From assembly GCA_051362555.1 (NCBI GenBank), contig CM120641.1, positions 39,624,401-39,688,400 on the forward strand: 64,000 nt of DNA, read 5' to 3'. Origin of the DNA: Lingula anatina. Taxonomy: Eukaryota > Animalia > Brachiopoda. Of the stretch, positions 38,479 to 51,688 are shown in pieces. Below the pieces are notes generated by a model, which saw nothing but the letters and a program-made list of their open reading frames with translations, searched no databases and was not told where the DNA came from. The translations under genes were made by a program, and so were the position numbers. Position 1 is the stretch's first letter, and every line of letters begins with the position of its first letter.

Positions 38479-39642
38479 ATGGCCAGTAGTTCAACTCCAA
38501 ATGCAGCCAGCATCATGCTGGAGTTTGCAGCTAACACAGGACTTTACCCAGAGAGACTGCCACCGCGCAGATACCTGTGGACTGATGCTTATGCTGTATG
38601 CAACTTCCTGGGCCTGGCAAGAAGGACTGGGGAAATGAGATACCAGCAGCTAGCCCATCAGCTAGTGGAACAGGTACACACATATCTAGGCAAGCACCGC
38701 CCAGATGATGCCAGGCAAGGCTGGATCAGTGGGCTGTCAGAGGAGGAAGGGAGAGTGCACCCTACTATAGGAGGATTGCGCATAGGAAAGCAGCTGCCTG
38801 AGCGTGGTGCTGGAGATCCAGTTGATGATGATTTGGAGTGGGATAGAGATGGCCAGTATTACCATTACCTCACAAAGTGGATGCATGCTCTAACATGCAT
38901 GACCGTGGCCACAAATGACCCAAAATACAATATTTGGGCAGCAGAGCTTGCAAAGACTGCACATGCAAAATTCACTTACGGCTCAGGGAATCGTAAACGC
39001 ATGTACTGGAAAATGAGCATTGATTTATCCCGCCCCCAAGTGCCTTCCATGGGACACCATGATCCTCTCGATGGCTTAATCACATACAATGTCATCCAGA
39101 AGTACCTGCCCCTGGGACAGGAAGGAATGCCAGATCTGGCTGCAGAGATTGTAGACATGGAAAATATCTGTAAGTGTCGGGACTGGGTCACTACTGATGC
39201 CCTGGGGATGGGAGGACTACTTACAGATGCTTACAGAGTCCTCAAGTTAACAGTGGAAGGGAAGCTAGAACGTGGAGATCTCCTCACTGAGACAATTCTA
39301 GAATCAAGTGTGGTGGGTATGGAAGGATTTGGCAGTAGGAAACTCACAGGGAGTGCAGAGAAGCGTCTCGCCTTTAGAGAACTTGGCCTTGTTATTGGTT
39401 TTAAGGCTGTCCCACAGATGCTGTTATTACTAAAGCAGCATCCACCCCTTGGGTTCAACAGGCCAAAGATCCCCATGGAGATTGATCGGCTGCAGAAATA
39501 CAGTGATGAAATCATGAATTCAGTGGTATACTTCTGGGAGGACCAGAACAACAGGAATGCCTCTACATGGAAGGGGCATCTGGATATTAACATGGTGATG
39601 TGGGCAACCAGCTTGGAACCAGAGGGCTTCTACTCTATCTAG
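38479..39642 (+). CDS. Uncharacterised 387-aa protein of a prokaryote-like family (possible alpha/alpha-barrel, six-hairpin glycosidase-like fold); intronless ORF, HGT candidate
   Basis: Uninterrupted ORF; ATG in ACAATGG context just after a splice acceptor; motifs PPRRYLWTDAYAVCNFL, GWISGLSEEEG..HPTIGGLRIGK, LEWDRDGQYYHYLTKWMHAL, RMYWKMSIDLSRP.VPSMGHHDPLDG, RLAFRELGL.IG, HLDINMVMWATSL.PEG recalled from bacterial/archaeal hypothetical proteins (recall, not a search result). Confidence 0.85.
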   Translation: MASSSTPNAASIMLEFAANTGLYPERLPPRRYLWTDAYAVCNFLGLARRTGEMRYQQLAHQLVEQVHTYLGKHRPDDARQGWISGLSEEEGRVHPTIGGLRIGKQLPERGAGDPVDDDLEWDRDGQYYHYLTKWMHALTCMTVATNDPKYNIWAAELAKTAHAKFTYGSGNRKRMYWKMSIDLSRPQVPSMGHHDPLDGLITYNVIQKYLPLGQEGMPDLAAEIVDMENICKCRDWVTTDALGMGGLLTDAYRVLKLTVEGKLERGDLLTETILESSVVGMEGFGSRKLTGSAEKRLAFRELGLVIGFKAVPQMLLLLKQHPPLGFNRPKIPMEIDRLQKYSDEIMNSVVYFWEDQNNRNASTWKGHLDINMVMWATSLEPEGFYSI

Positions 39643-42019
39643 AAGGGCTCTCAGTGCAGGCAGTCATAACTACTTACAAGACTTGTTACAAGACTGCGAG
39701 TTACATGAGGACTGCCTGTTTTAGGAGAGAGAGTCGAACAAGGATGTGTCCACAGCAGTCACGATACAAGCTGACTGCTTCAAGTCACACTGTTTAGAAA
39801 GACTTGTGTAAATCACCTGATAAAGTCCTGTTCAGATACACAATTGCAGAGGATGGCTTTTTATTGCAGTAACCAGGGAATATTGTTGCTCATGATACCC
39901 TACATGTTGACTACCCTTGGCATCAACTGGCAAGCATTAGGATTTCTGGTGTAACTCCTTGGAAGATCCTCCAAACATGGGTATTTACGGAATATTTGAA
40001 AGGGGGAGAAGGAGCCCTCAGAGATAGTTACAGTGAAGATTTATCTAATGATATTCATTCTAAAAAGATATGTTGAATAGCAGCACTTTGAACAATCTAA
40101 AATTACGAAAAAGAAAATTTCTTTTTCTAAAAGAAATTAGACGTATATGCTGGCATCCATGCAATTATGTATGGTTGTTTACCGTAAGCATTAAAAAGAA
40201 AGAATGAGTATATATATCGGTTTATTGGGTTTTGATTAATTCTAAGAATTACTTGGAAAGAAATATTTCAGGGATTGTCACTTGGTTTGTAATTATATCA
40301 ATAATATGACTAGGTACATCTTTGCAGTAAAGGATCAACTTGCTCTGTTATTGACCCTGATTTTTATAATGGAGAAAGTCCAGAGAAAATATTATGATGT
40401 TTTCTGATTGCAGTTATATCTTAAATTAAATTTACATCTCCATGCAAGGAGTTAAAATGCTATTATATTCAACCTGTCTTTGCAGTCAGAAATCACCTAA
40501 GTATAGTGCAGTTTGTTAGTGAAAAATGTAACATATTATAATTGTGTTAGTTGTGACTAGTGTCACATCTTTGAAATGTGGGTACACGTTTTCATGAGCC
40601 TCTTCTACAGGCCAAGGTAGGGAGAATAATACATCAGAGCATTTACTATTGCTATGTAGGCTGATATTACATAAGAAGTGATCTTTTGTGCTGTATGGCA
40701 TAAAGATCAAGCAAAATACAACAAATTATGTTGAATCTAAGGTACCTCTTGTAATGAAATTTGTTGATTGAAGTGTGGTATTTGTATTATATTGTGTCCA
40801 CTTAAAGTTCACTGTGTCTTTTAATCAATTGTTATTGAAGACAGCGCAGGTTTGCACATATTTTTGTAAATGCCATGAGTAGCATAATGTGTCAAAGCAG
40901 TGCAGTTGGAGGCATTTCAAAGATTGATTCTTTCGATTGGGAAAAAAAGCAACCAGCAAGTCCCCTGAACAATTCCCTAAACAGTTTTTCCACATTTAAG
41001 TGGTATCTGAGTTTTTCTCTTTGATGATAACTGAGCATAATCATAGTCTTTAACTTTTCAGCCCACTAGTCACGCAGACTATTAGGTTTCTAAAAACTAC
41101 TAGTCTAAGTCAAAGTTAACTAGTCCAAAGTTGAAACTTAAAGATTTTGGGGGAAATGGTTGCTATATTACACTAATCCAGTTTGACAAGTAAATTGGGG
41201 GGAAAAATGTAAAAGAGAAAATTCACTCAATTACAGACAAGCAGATACTTCATATACAGTTGCATTATTGTGATACAACTTTATGTCATTAAATTTTGTA
41301 TTATATTATTCTTGGTCATGTTCTTGATGTTCACAATAATTCTGTTGGGAGGATTTTGTTGAGAATTCCCTTCAATAGACCTGCACTTTCCTCAGTTAAA
41401 AGGAAATCTATCACAGCAAATAAACCTCTCTTATGCTACATATCTGAATAATTCCAGCCATTTGGAATGCTTATTTCACTTGCAGATATTTGTATTTTTA
41501 GCGGTTTTGTAAATCATACCGGTGAATACTGTTTTCCATCCATGTTCTGATGGAACAGTTAGAGGTGTAAAATGTAGTTTTGTGAGTTATTATGTAATTG
41601 GATATATTTCTGTTGGTGTTTTATCTGCAAATTAGTCGAGTCATTGTTCATAGTTTTTGTATGCAAAATTCATATATGCACGCAGAAAATTGGGGTTATT
41701 ATAATTATCAAGTCTTGTTTTTTTCCTTTTTTTAAAGTCTGTATATGTGCAAAACACTGACAATTATAATAAAAACAAGACACAAAGAGGTTGAATAAGA
41801 ATTTTTCTGCTACAGATTTTTACATATGTACATATTTCTGTTGTTTATATTGGTAATTACACCCATCCACTTCTTTCCTGCCATCTGTGTGTTTGGAAAA
41901 AAAACTGATAAAGATAAATAAGCAACCCCCATTTAATGTTAAGAAATATCTCCTCTGCATGCTAAAAGTTTTGGCAAGTGTTCACATTATCAGGTGTTGT
42001 CATTATTCAAATATGTACC

Positions 42020-42025
42020 AATAAA
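42020..42025 (+). terminator. Candidate polyadenylation signal for the 38479-39642 gene
   Basis: AATAAA followed by a GT/T-rich tract at the end of a CpG-poor stretch; other AATAAA hexamers occur upstream. Confidence 0.3.
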
Positions 42026-42518
42026 GATATTCTGTACAAACAGTGGATTCTTGTCTGATTTCAAGCTTTCCTTTCTAATCAAATATGCCTATGAGTTTTG
42101 ATTGATTATTAATAAAAAATATGATAAAAATTATAAGAGTCAAATCGGTGCTAGTCATCAAGGGCCCACAGTGCCCCCTTTTTCATCTGACATTTTTTAA
42201 CAATTGTCTATTTTGTAAAATCTGACAATTCTAGTCTGTGCTATGAATCTTTTTAAAACCTTGCTACATTTTCCACATGAGGGCAAGAGCAAGCTTATTT
42301 ATTTATTTTTTTTTTTTTTTGGGGGGGGGGATTTAAAACTAATGCTTAATTTAAAAATATTGAGAACTGCTACACGTATACTTGTATTACCAATGAAAAC
42401 ATTTTTGCTTTGTAAATAACTGATGACTATCTTACTACATAATGGAAAATAATGATTATAAATTTATAAGTTACCTTTATAAATTTGTAAAAACGAAATT
42501 GTAACCAATGTTTTCTAC

Positions 42519-42692
42519 GGGGGCGTCTCGATAGTCCGAAGGTTCATTGGTCCGAAGGTTCATTGGTCCGAAAAGTGGTAACATTTTCATCGATTTTTTA
42601 ATCAAGGGTTCATTGGTCCGAAGGTTCTATAGTGAACCTTCGGACCAATGAACCTTCGGACTATTGAACCTTCGGACTATCGCTACGGCCCC
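42519..42692. mobile_element. 174-bp MITE with 8-bp TSD and inverted 16-bp subterminal tandem repeats
   Basis: TTTTCTAC at 42511-42518 and 42693-42700; ends GGGGGCGTCTCGATAGTCCGAAGGTTCA / TGAACCTTCGGACTATCGCTACGGCCCC; internal unit GGTTCATTGGTCCGAA. Confidence 0.88.
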
Positions 42693-42933
42693 TTTTCTAC
42701 TAATCTAAATACTTTGACTCTGATTTTGAGCGCACTTTTTTCTGTATACACTTTTAAAAGTACGTTATATTTCACTCTCGTACAAAAAAATAAGACCGTT
42801 GTCTATCCATTATCGGACAGATAAGGTCACTTCGGCCGCTTTATTACGGTCCGATTCAAGTCCAGTACATTATTAACAGATTCCAGCTGCAACTTCCGTC
42901 ATCTTTTGGTTGATTGCGATAGTTGTTACTTTT

Positions 42934-45637
42934 TCACAACAGTATCACATCCGGAAACTCGAGTATTCCGAAGCCTGCAAGGCATACGAGTATTATAAAA
43001 AGGAAGATCACGGTTGTCAATATCCCTGCAAGCGCAACGTTTCGAGACCGTAGTCCGTTCCTTTTAGCGGCTGCCACGTTGCCTCTTTTCCACTCGAATT
43101 TTGACACAACTGAAAAAGTGAAAGTTATGCACATGAATTTCCTATATCAAAATAAATTAATCAATTGGCGGATAAATAAATAAACTGATCACTACAAAAC
43201 GCTGGGTTTGAACAATGTCACAGCAGTAGGTAAGACAAGTATTCAAAACGATGAGGCTACAGTTTCTTCCTGGCTACCGATATATATTGGCCTCAGTGGC
43301 GGATGGGGGGGGGGGGGGGTCAGGGGGTCCTCACTCGGTCTTTAATTTCTGAAAAAAAATCACACCGATGATCCCCACTTGAAATTAGAATTTTGACTAG
43401 CTGAATCATAGTTCTAAACCGTACCAAAAATTTTGGAGCCCTCCAGCAGGCCCCGAACCCCACGCCAAGGAAGGGGGGAAGGTCAGCTTTGTATCTGCGG
43501 ACCCCCCCCCCCCCTTTCAAATAATCCTGGATCCGCCCCTGGGCCTAGTCTATGTATTAAGACCCTTTGTATTAATACTATGTATTAATCTAAACGAAGT
43601 CTATGTTATAATAAACAAGGCTTACGACCGACTGCGAACGAATTTTGACCTATTCTCACAAGCATGAGGCACGAAATTCATGCGTTATCACTCGTACTAA
43701 TAAGCATGTAACAAAAGAAAAGGCTGCGATAATCCAGTAACACTGATGAATGAATTTGATGTTGACTACCAAATACTGTCGTTGTCCCAACTTTGAAGGG
43801 GTGAAAATAGAGAAAAATTTCGTTCTCCAACAAATCCATGTAAGGGCGTGTCCTAACATCCGCCCATCCAACCACAGTCACAAAGATAAATCACATTAGG
43901 ATGTTCGCGGTAAAGTGAGGCCACGTTATGGGTCAAGCGTCCGGTGTGCGACATGTGTATGATGTAGACAAAATTGCAAAGATTGTATTTTAGTTTCGTA
44001 GCCCCTCCCTCTAAAACTGGGCGAGGTACGGTTCACTAGCCTATCTATTCGTGTTATCTCTTTTTGAAATGAACTCCCTGGAAAAAGTATGTAGGCCTAA
44101 GCGTGTGCTTTCGAATTCTTCTTTAATTAATTATATAAATGATACTAATCATGAATAGTCGCAAAATACATAACATTTGAAAAATAAGTGCCACACACTG
44201 GACAAATATCTATGTAATATTATATTGGGACAAAGCAACAAGGTCACTCGAGTTGCAAATAACCTCTAAAGAAAACATTAAATTTTTTTTTTTTTTTTGC
44301 CATAATCGAATTTTTCTAGATAGTAAGACCCAAAAGAATTTCCCAGGGTTCTGTTTACTAGAAACTTTGATCAAGAAAAAAAACACGGTCTCCATCAGAG
44401 ATGTTAAGGCAGTTACATTGAGCTCAAAGCAACAAATATTCTAATGTCAATACTGAAATCCGACTAGTTTTAAACCCGTGTAATGCTAAGATTTGTGTAA
44501 AGCATCATGTCACTAAAAGGTCTTTATAATGTGAGATAGTAAAACCAGTGAACTTTCAAAAGTGGTTTGTTATTTTTTCTCCTCTTCCAAAATATAACCC
44601 CTGCTAACCCGCTATGTCAGCTGACGTCGCTGTCTACTCTACGGCGATGAAAATAACATTCGTTAAATTCTTACTTAAATAAAATTGGCATTAAAATAGA
44701 TATATACGGACTTTTATTGCAATATACTTACGCGAAAAATGAATTGCTATCAATCCAAACAGTACATTGAAGACCATGGCCACTATAATGGCAAACCACA
44801 TGTAGCTTGCAGGTTTCGGAGGTGGGCACTTGAAGAAAAAAGGCATGTGCGGCGGTTGCCATGGCATATCTTTGGGAGGCGCTGTTATGACAACAGGAGG
44901 TACAACTATTGGTCGTTGAAAACTAGAAGCTCTAGAAGACCAAGTATAGTACGGGAAAGATTCTAAACTTTCTGGTCGCATCCCACTGTAGCGACTGTAG
45001 TCGGGCGTTGCCGTGCGATACGACGCCCTTTCGTCCTCATCGTGGTGAAAAATGAGACCTCTGGTGTAGGTATGACTCCCACTAGGTCGGCCAAAGTATA
45101 TTTCCTCCCCGTACCTTAAGTCATTGCCATGCGTCCCCTCCTCGTAAATGGGGTTCAGAATCACGGAAGACCGGTAGCCTTTCCTCGTACTATATGTGTT
45201 CCTATGAGGAAATGGATTTGGTATAAATGTCGGCGCGTAGTTGAGACTGTAAAACCGCCGGTGTTTCGATGAGGGGTCTGCGTGATGTGTTGGGCTCTCT
45301 GATTCACTTGGGTGCTCTTCTTGGGAGTCGTGGACTGCCCTTGGTGTTTCAATGTCGGAACTTAGAGGATGTTCAGACTGTAGGTCGTCATGCACGGAAT
45401 CACCACGAGGACTGAAATGGAGTTTTCGGTCACTTAATATCTGAATAGTATTAACATTTACAAGCAAGAGACAATCTTCAAGGTATCCGAATATAAGGGA
45501 AATTTAAAAACTTTAAACTGCCCAGTGCATGACAAAAGAAATATTTCACAATGAACACAATTTTGCTCTTTTAAGAAATGAATCAGCAGCAATACTTACG
45601 GTGACATATAGGAGTGAGCGGAACTAAAAGTCGACAT
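42934..45637 (-). CDS. CD225/dispanin family membrane protein (PRRT/IFITM-like), about 297 aa, 3 coding exons
   Basis: Exons 45637-45600 (MSTFSSAHSYMSP), 45411-44732 and 43109-42934 join in frame via GT-AG; C-terminus PPPKPASYMWFAIIVAMVFNVLFGLIAIHFS-LVSKFEWKRGNVAAAKRNGLRSRNVALAGILTTVIFLFII matches the CD225 pattern (hydrophobic helix, G..A..FS, G(D/N)...A, TM helix). Confidence 0.82.
43294..43541. mobile_element. hAT-like MITE with 5-bp TSD in a dispanin intron
   Basis: Starts CAGTGGCGGAT, ends ATCCGCCCCTG; GGCCT on both flanks (43289-43293, 43542-43546); subterminal G-run and C-run. Confidence 0.78.
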
Positions 45638-48600
45638 TTTCGGTTAGTTTCTCAGCCAAATGTCCTTATATCCAAATCACTATCTGAATACACGAAAGGT
45701 CCATGCGCCCCGTTTTCCCTAAATTCGATCAGGAAGCCAGTTGAAACCTGCCCGAATCCGTGCAATCGTCAACAAAGGCAAGGAAGCTAATGGCACTGTA
45801 ATATAAACAGTGGCCACAGAATCTACCCTCATTCCAACCTTTTCTGCAAGGGAGTACCCCGCAGCGATGACGGCGGCATGTAATAGTAGCGAACGAATGC
45901 GAACATGGGGTGACGCCTTTGTTAGTCGCGAAAAGATTTTCGGACAGATAGATGAAGCTTGTGGCAACCTTTAACAATAAACCATAATTACCATAAATCA
46001 TAGGTGTTGAGGATCTATATCGCACACTACATCTCTTGGTGAAATGTCAGCTTGAGAGGTTCAGACTTCAAGCAAAATATCCGTCAAATATTCAGTGATG
46101 GAAGCGACCCAAAAAGGATTTTTCTTGCACTTCAGTGTTTTGCTCATTGTAGTTCAATGTTTCGCGGGGTTTGTAGTGTTTGGTGTTGAATAAAAGTGTC
46201 ATCTGAGACAATTGGTTATATACAAAAGGTTGGACCACTAAAATGATTTATTTCTAAATCATCTGCGTCTTTCTTTGGAGAAAGAGATTGTTACCCCTCA
46301 GACCAGCAATGTGTTAAAATTATATTTTTGACAACTACCCCCCCTCCCCCCCCCCCCCCCCATACACACACACACACACGCATACATCCAAACATACCTT
46401 TACAAGAACCTAAAAGAAATCGGTTGTACTACATCAATCTTGATTAAAAATAATAGGGATTGTTTATTTGAGATTCTGCCTTTGAAGCAGGACTTTATAT
46501 AGCTTATTATCGCCTTCATATATTTTTCATCAAAAGTGTTCTCAGATATAAGATAACATTAGATCATTGTTCAGAACCAGTATGCGCAAGTTTATTATTA
46601 ATTGTAGCAGTTCTTCTCGCCAAGCAAATCAGACAGCAATCGAGTTAGTCATACGTTTTTATATTCAAAACTAATTAGTGAATTTGACTTTTCTTGACTA
46701 CTCAATACACTTTCGAGACGTTTGGAGAATCGTTATTAAAGCAAATGCGACACACGAACAGAATGGCTTGAACGGTGCACATCCTTCAGAAAATGTGTCA
46801 TACCAAATCATTTTCAAAGTTCGAGCTCGTTATGTAAATATGGAGCTTTAAAAATGCATCCTTTTCGCTAGGCCTGAAGGTTATTGAGCTACGGGGTCAC
46901 GTTAAAACATACGTAAATGTACGTGTGCATGACTGACATGATGGCCAATCGTGTCACAGATAAGGGTGAGTCATTTCAGTTCAGAGAGCATTGATCGAGT
47001 TGCCTAATTTGATCACTACATCGTATTGAGCTGTCATTTATGTTCCCGTAAATATCGATATTGCAAGATAGCTGTTATTACATGTAAAGCAATCGTCTCA
47101 AACACTTACATAAACTGCCGTATCACCTTAACTTAGTACTTAGGACACTTGCCACTACTATTAAAATCAACAGGTTTGTTCTATCAAGAAGATCTCTCAA
47201 ATTTTGAGGGGCGGGACATTTTTCATTTCATCGAATGACGATGGTGCTATCTATCGCGCGATCGTGCACGGTGTGAAAAATATAAACTACTTCATTCACT
47301 TTGTGTTAATTGCAAACTTCGAAAATGGTCGATTTACATCCGGTATCTGTCCGATCTCGACAGTAACCTACTAACAAAAAGGAGCCTTGGTCGACACGAT
47401 GAAAGCAAGCTGTCAAATTTAGCTTACATAATTATAAATACGTCTCAGTGAATGCATTCTAAAGATGGAAGATAATTTAATGATTAAAGTAAATGCATTT
47501 ATGTAAATTCCTTATATTTGGCCGTGCGATGCTGTCCGTAAATTAACACAGGCATGTTCAAATCATATTAAAAATAGAAATGGGGCCCATAAATTCATTA
47601 TTGTACTTTATTCATAAGATTGTTTTTCTACTACTAACTAGTGGTTATCAAACGTGTGTTTTCTATCCGGTGTCATCATGCCTGGTTCTTCAGATTTGTA
47701 GATAAGGCTGGTCAAACACCCTAACTGCCCTTTTTTTCGGTAAATCAGTTATCGCACAGTATGTATGTAAATTATCCAGGTGCTAACTCGTAACTGAAAA
47801 AGTTATATAGTCTTGACCGCTAAACGTGACTATGATTAAGTTAAGAGTGTTTTTAATTAACATTTTGAAGATAAATCTAAAGACAAAGCCGTTACTTCTC
47901 AAAAGTGTCTCAACGAATTACTGCCTGACTTGCAATTACAATGTACTGCTTCCGCTCGTCTGCTCAGAGTATAAGTCGAAGAACACCGAAACATGATTTT
48001 TCTTAAATGAATATCACGGGGAGAGCTAAAAACAAGAATTAATGTATTTTACACTCAATATTGGAAAGCTGGCGTCATCTTTGAACCATCGTCGCTTTGC
48101 GTCATAAAAAGCTACTCGCAGTTACTAAAAACTTGTTGATCACGTTCTCACTTCTCTGCACTTGATCACTACACCTAGGATTTCAGGATTTGATTTTGCA
48201 CAAGTGGGGCTATAAGATATTTTTTGTCGTATTTACACTATGCTACAGAATTAATTTAGACTGTGAGAAATACATCTCGGAACATTTAATTTTTCAATCT
48301 TGGTACAGGACAAACATTTGCAGTGATTTTTGTTTTCTAGTCTGTGCAGGGCAGGCGTTACTGTTTTTGTATACCACATGTCAAAATTTATCAAGCAATG
48401 ACGTATATCCATTCATTCTCTCGGCCAAACTATCAGCAGTTAAGGACAATTTCATTTATTTTCCAGCTCTGTAAAATGTTTCCAAACCCCGTGAGCATCG
48501 CCATGATTTAAACAGCAGAGACTGAGAAGCGATAACCTAATAGATTCCACCAAATCAAATAACCCATCGGAGGTCAATGCGACTAAAAGAAACAAAACAA

Positions 48601-49281
48601 AACAAAACCTAAAAGTGCACAAACCACTTATTTTTGACCATATCTAAGGGAAAATCGGAGATGCAGAGACTTTTTAAAGTCACTTAGAACTAGAATAGCA
48701 GACTGTGCATAATAAACTATGTTCGCTGACATTAATTTATCGTCTAAATCTTAATGTATCAGTTATAAATTCTAGAAAAGCAGTTTGAATCCTGAGCGAT
48801 ACCTTTCCTTACCTTTGACTTATAAACAAAGAAATGTGCAATCAAACTTATGCTTCTCAAGTCATGCACTATTGATCGGGAAAGGCCATTATATAAAAAT
48901 TGTCTCATACTTGACATTCGCATAGTAGAGGACGAAATGCATTATCTTATATGTCCCTTGTATAACGAATTAAGAATGAAATACTAAAGAACTGAATGGA
49001 AAGCTCGCTTTCCAGATAAGTATTTGTTTAGAACTAGAATGTGTAAAGAGAACAAGGAGAGCATATCCTTACTGACAAAATTTTCATCGAACGCTTTTGC
49101 ATTAAGGAGTGATAGTTTGGATGATAACGGAAATAGTCAAAGTAACCGTCCAGATAGATAAATGCAATAGTCGTATGATACATTCATGCTTGAACTATTG
49201 CGTACACAAAACCTTGGAAGTTTATATTTCTTCTGTACAAGTACAGATTGTTATGTATTTTAGGTCAGAGGTCTTTAACTA

Positions 49282-49319
<38 letters not shown>

Positions 49320-51688
49320 TGATTGATTGAGTAATACTCTTTGATATTTTTGACAGATAAATGCTGTGATTAAATGTCGCCAAAAATAATCTAATCTATT
49401 ACGTACTAACGAATCTCGTATCAGCATTCTTGACACAATTTTGAATCGCGCGCAACCCAATAGTCAATGCTCGAATGCATGTCGGATTTTGAAAAACCTT
49501 CGCCTAAGTATGGGTGAAGGTTTTTTAATTTCCCACATTGCTACAGAGTTATGGCAAGCGTCAGGAAAAGTGGATCATAGGAAATTTGCTAAGTATTAGT
49601 TTTTCGTGAGAAAATCTTACGATGGGCACCTTTAAGGTTAACCAAAATGCAACAGTTTACCTTAGTGCAAACATGATGTGCATAACCACCTGGGACATCA
49701 ATTTTGCACGCTTGTTAGCTCCTTCATGCTACACGTTTTTTTCTTCAAGTTGATGGTCGTTACCATTAAATGGAATGAACTTGAAAGTCTAAAAGCACAT
49801 CTGAATAATCACACAGAGATAACCCAGACAAACAATAAAACCTAGATGTGTATTTACGTCATGTGTATTTATATCATTATTAAATTCTATTGAGCAATGG
49901 TTTTTGATTATTTCGCTTTTGTTACAACATAGGGTTTATTTAAAAAACAATTTGAAAGAAAAAGATACCACTATGTCTCGCGATAAGAATTTATTTCATC
50001 ATTATTGTGATGCCCTTCCCAATGTAAATTCTTCACGTACGCTTGTCTTATTTTGATCAGTGAACAATACATCTTTCGGCGCCACACCATCACGCGTTAT
50101 GGAAAACTTAGTGGCAGTATATTGTTCATATTTAATGAGAATAGTAAAGAAAAATAGTGCGTGAAATAAAGTATAAATATATAAATTAACTGACAGCACA
50201 AAACGTATATTTTTTATCAGTGTAAATTAGCAGCATTTGTCTGGTAGACAAAGCGTAGAAGTACATTTGTTCCGAGTCATTTCACAAATGGATTGGTGCA
50301 CAAGTGATGTCGTTTTGAAACCACAGAACATGCAGAAAAGAAACGCAGCTCCCTCTAGTCAACTTCCCAAAGGATGCAAATAAACTAAACATAGTTGCCT
50401 TGTCCCGGTGATTGTTTTGAAGGCCACGCAGCGCTGTCAATATCAACAGAAACGGGGCTGTAATTTGTCGTTAATGAAAAGTAATGAGAATGCATGACCA
50501 CAATTACTAATTATAGTGCTATAGAAATATTTATGTGTGGACGAAAACTCCCGAAACACCTATATTGCATTCTACAGTATTGACATGAACCAATCCTCCA
50601 GACAGACACCTCAAATTATAAAACATTATGTTTGCCTTGTTGACATGGGTCAATTTCTCTTCATTAAGTGGAAAAGCCATTGTTGCATAAACCTTCCATA
50701 TTGAAAAAGATGTCTAAAAACCAATGTGAAACATAATCGGGGTTTTAAGTAAACTGTGCAATTAACTAAGACTAAGGGTATGTTCAAGGAGGATTGACCA
50801 AACGTGTACTATAACAATTCAGAATAATATTAAACTTAAAACTTTCAGCACTGTCTCCTGTTGACCTATGTCATTATTTCCAAAAAGGAGATATCAGTAA
50901 AATTTCCAAATTTGGGAGTGATTTTACTGATATTTACTTCGGGGAAATAAACGTTTTTACAGTATGTAAAGTTACCAACAGAAAGAAAGAAAGAAATAGT
51001 GGAGCCTAAAATTCACACCCCAAAACGGTTTTTATAAACGATACACAAGTGTTTGACGCAGTTAATCAAAATTAGGGTACGATTTACACGTAATAGTAAA
51101 TCACTAAATATCAATGGAAGGCTTTTTTCTTTTTTGGGGAAGAGAAAAAAGCAAGATACACACTGTATTCGTGCCAAAAGATGTTTCAGCCCAAAAGCTC
51201 TGTTCTTTAAACAGATGCAGGTGCTCTGGAGAGTCGGATCAGCTGCACGTTGTTTTGCTGCGTTGTTTCACTATTGATTTTCAGCAGTGGTAGTGGGCCA
51301 TAACGTTTTCTACACAAAACTGTTTAAGAAGACATTTACAAGCAAAGAATGTGAAGCTGACCAAAAGCTGACAGATGTGATGACTTTCAGTTATGATAAG
51401 TAAATGTGTCAATTACCTGTCAAAAGTAATCGCTGATTCTATTCTATATCTTAACTAACCAATTTCATTTGAGAAAATAACGCATAAGTGAAAGAAGCTG
51501 CAATTCGCAATTCAACATTGAAATCGTCTCCTGGATTTCAATGGAACGTATTGACTTACAAACGATTATGACCTTATGTCAAGAAATCAAAATCACCATC
51601 TACTTAAATGTACTGTAAATATTTAATGTTTCGTTCTGGAGTACCAATCAATAAAAGTGAATATGTGTTGCAATCCATTAATGTCGCG

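Noticed and set aside
38479-39642. Bacterial contamination or misassembly
   Set aside because: No operon neighbours or Shine-Dalgarno context, CpG-depleted host-like codons, an upstream splice acceptor and seamless AT-rich flanks; read-level confirmation is still needed.
45719-46025. Minus-strand ORFs upstream of dispanin gene 1 as extra coding exons
   Set aside because: They stop before the 45600 donor and show no recognisable domain; more likely 5'UTR or promoter.
50876-50962. AT-rich hairpin as an ncRNA or terminator
   Set aside because: An imperfect palindrome ending in TTTTTACAGT looks like a decayed repeat end; there is no other support.
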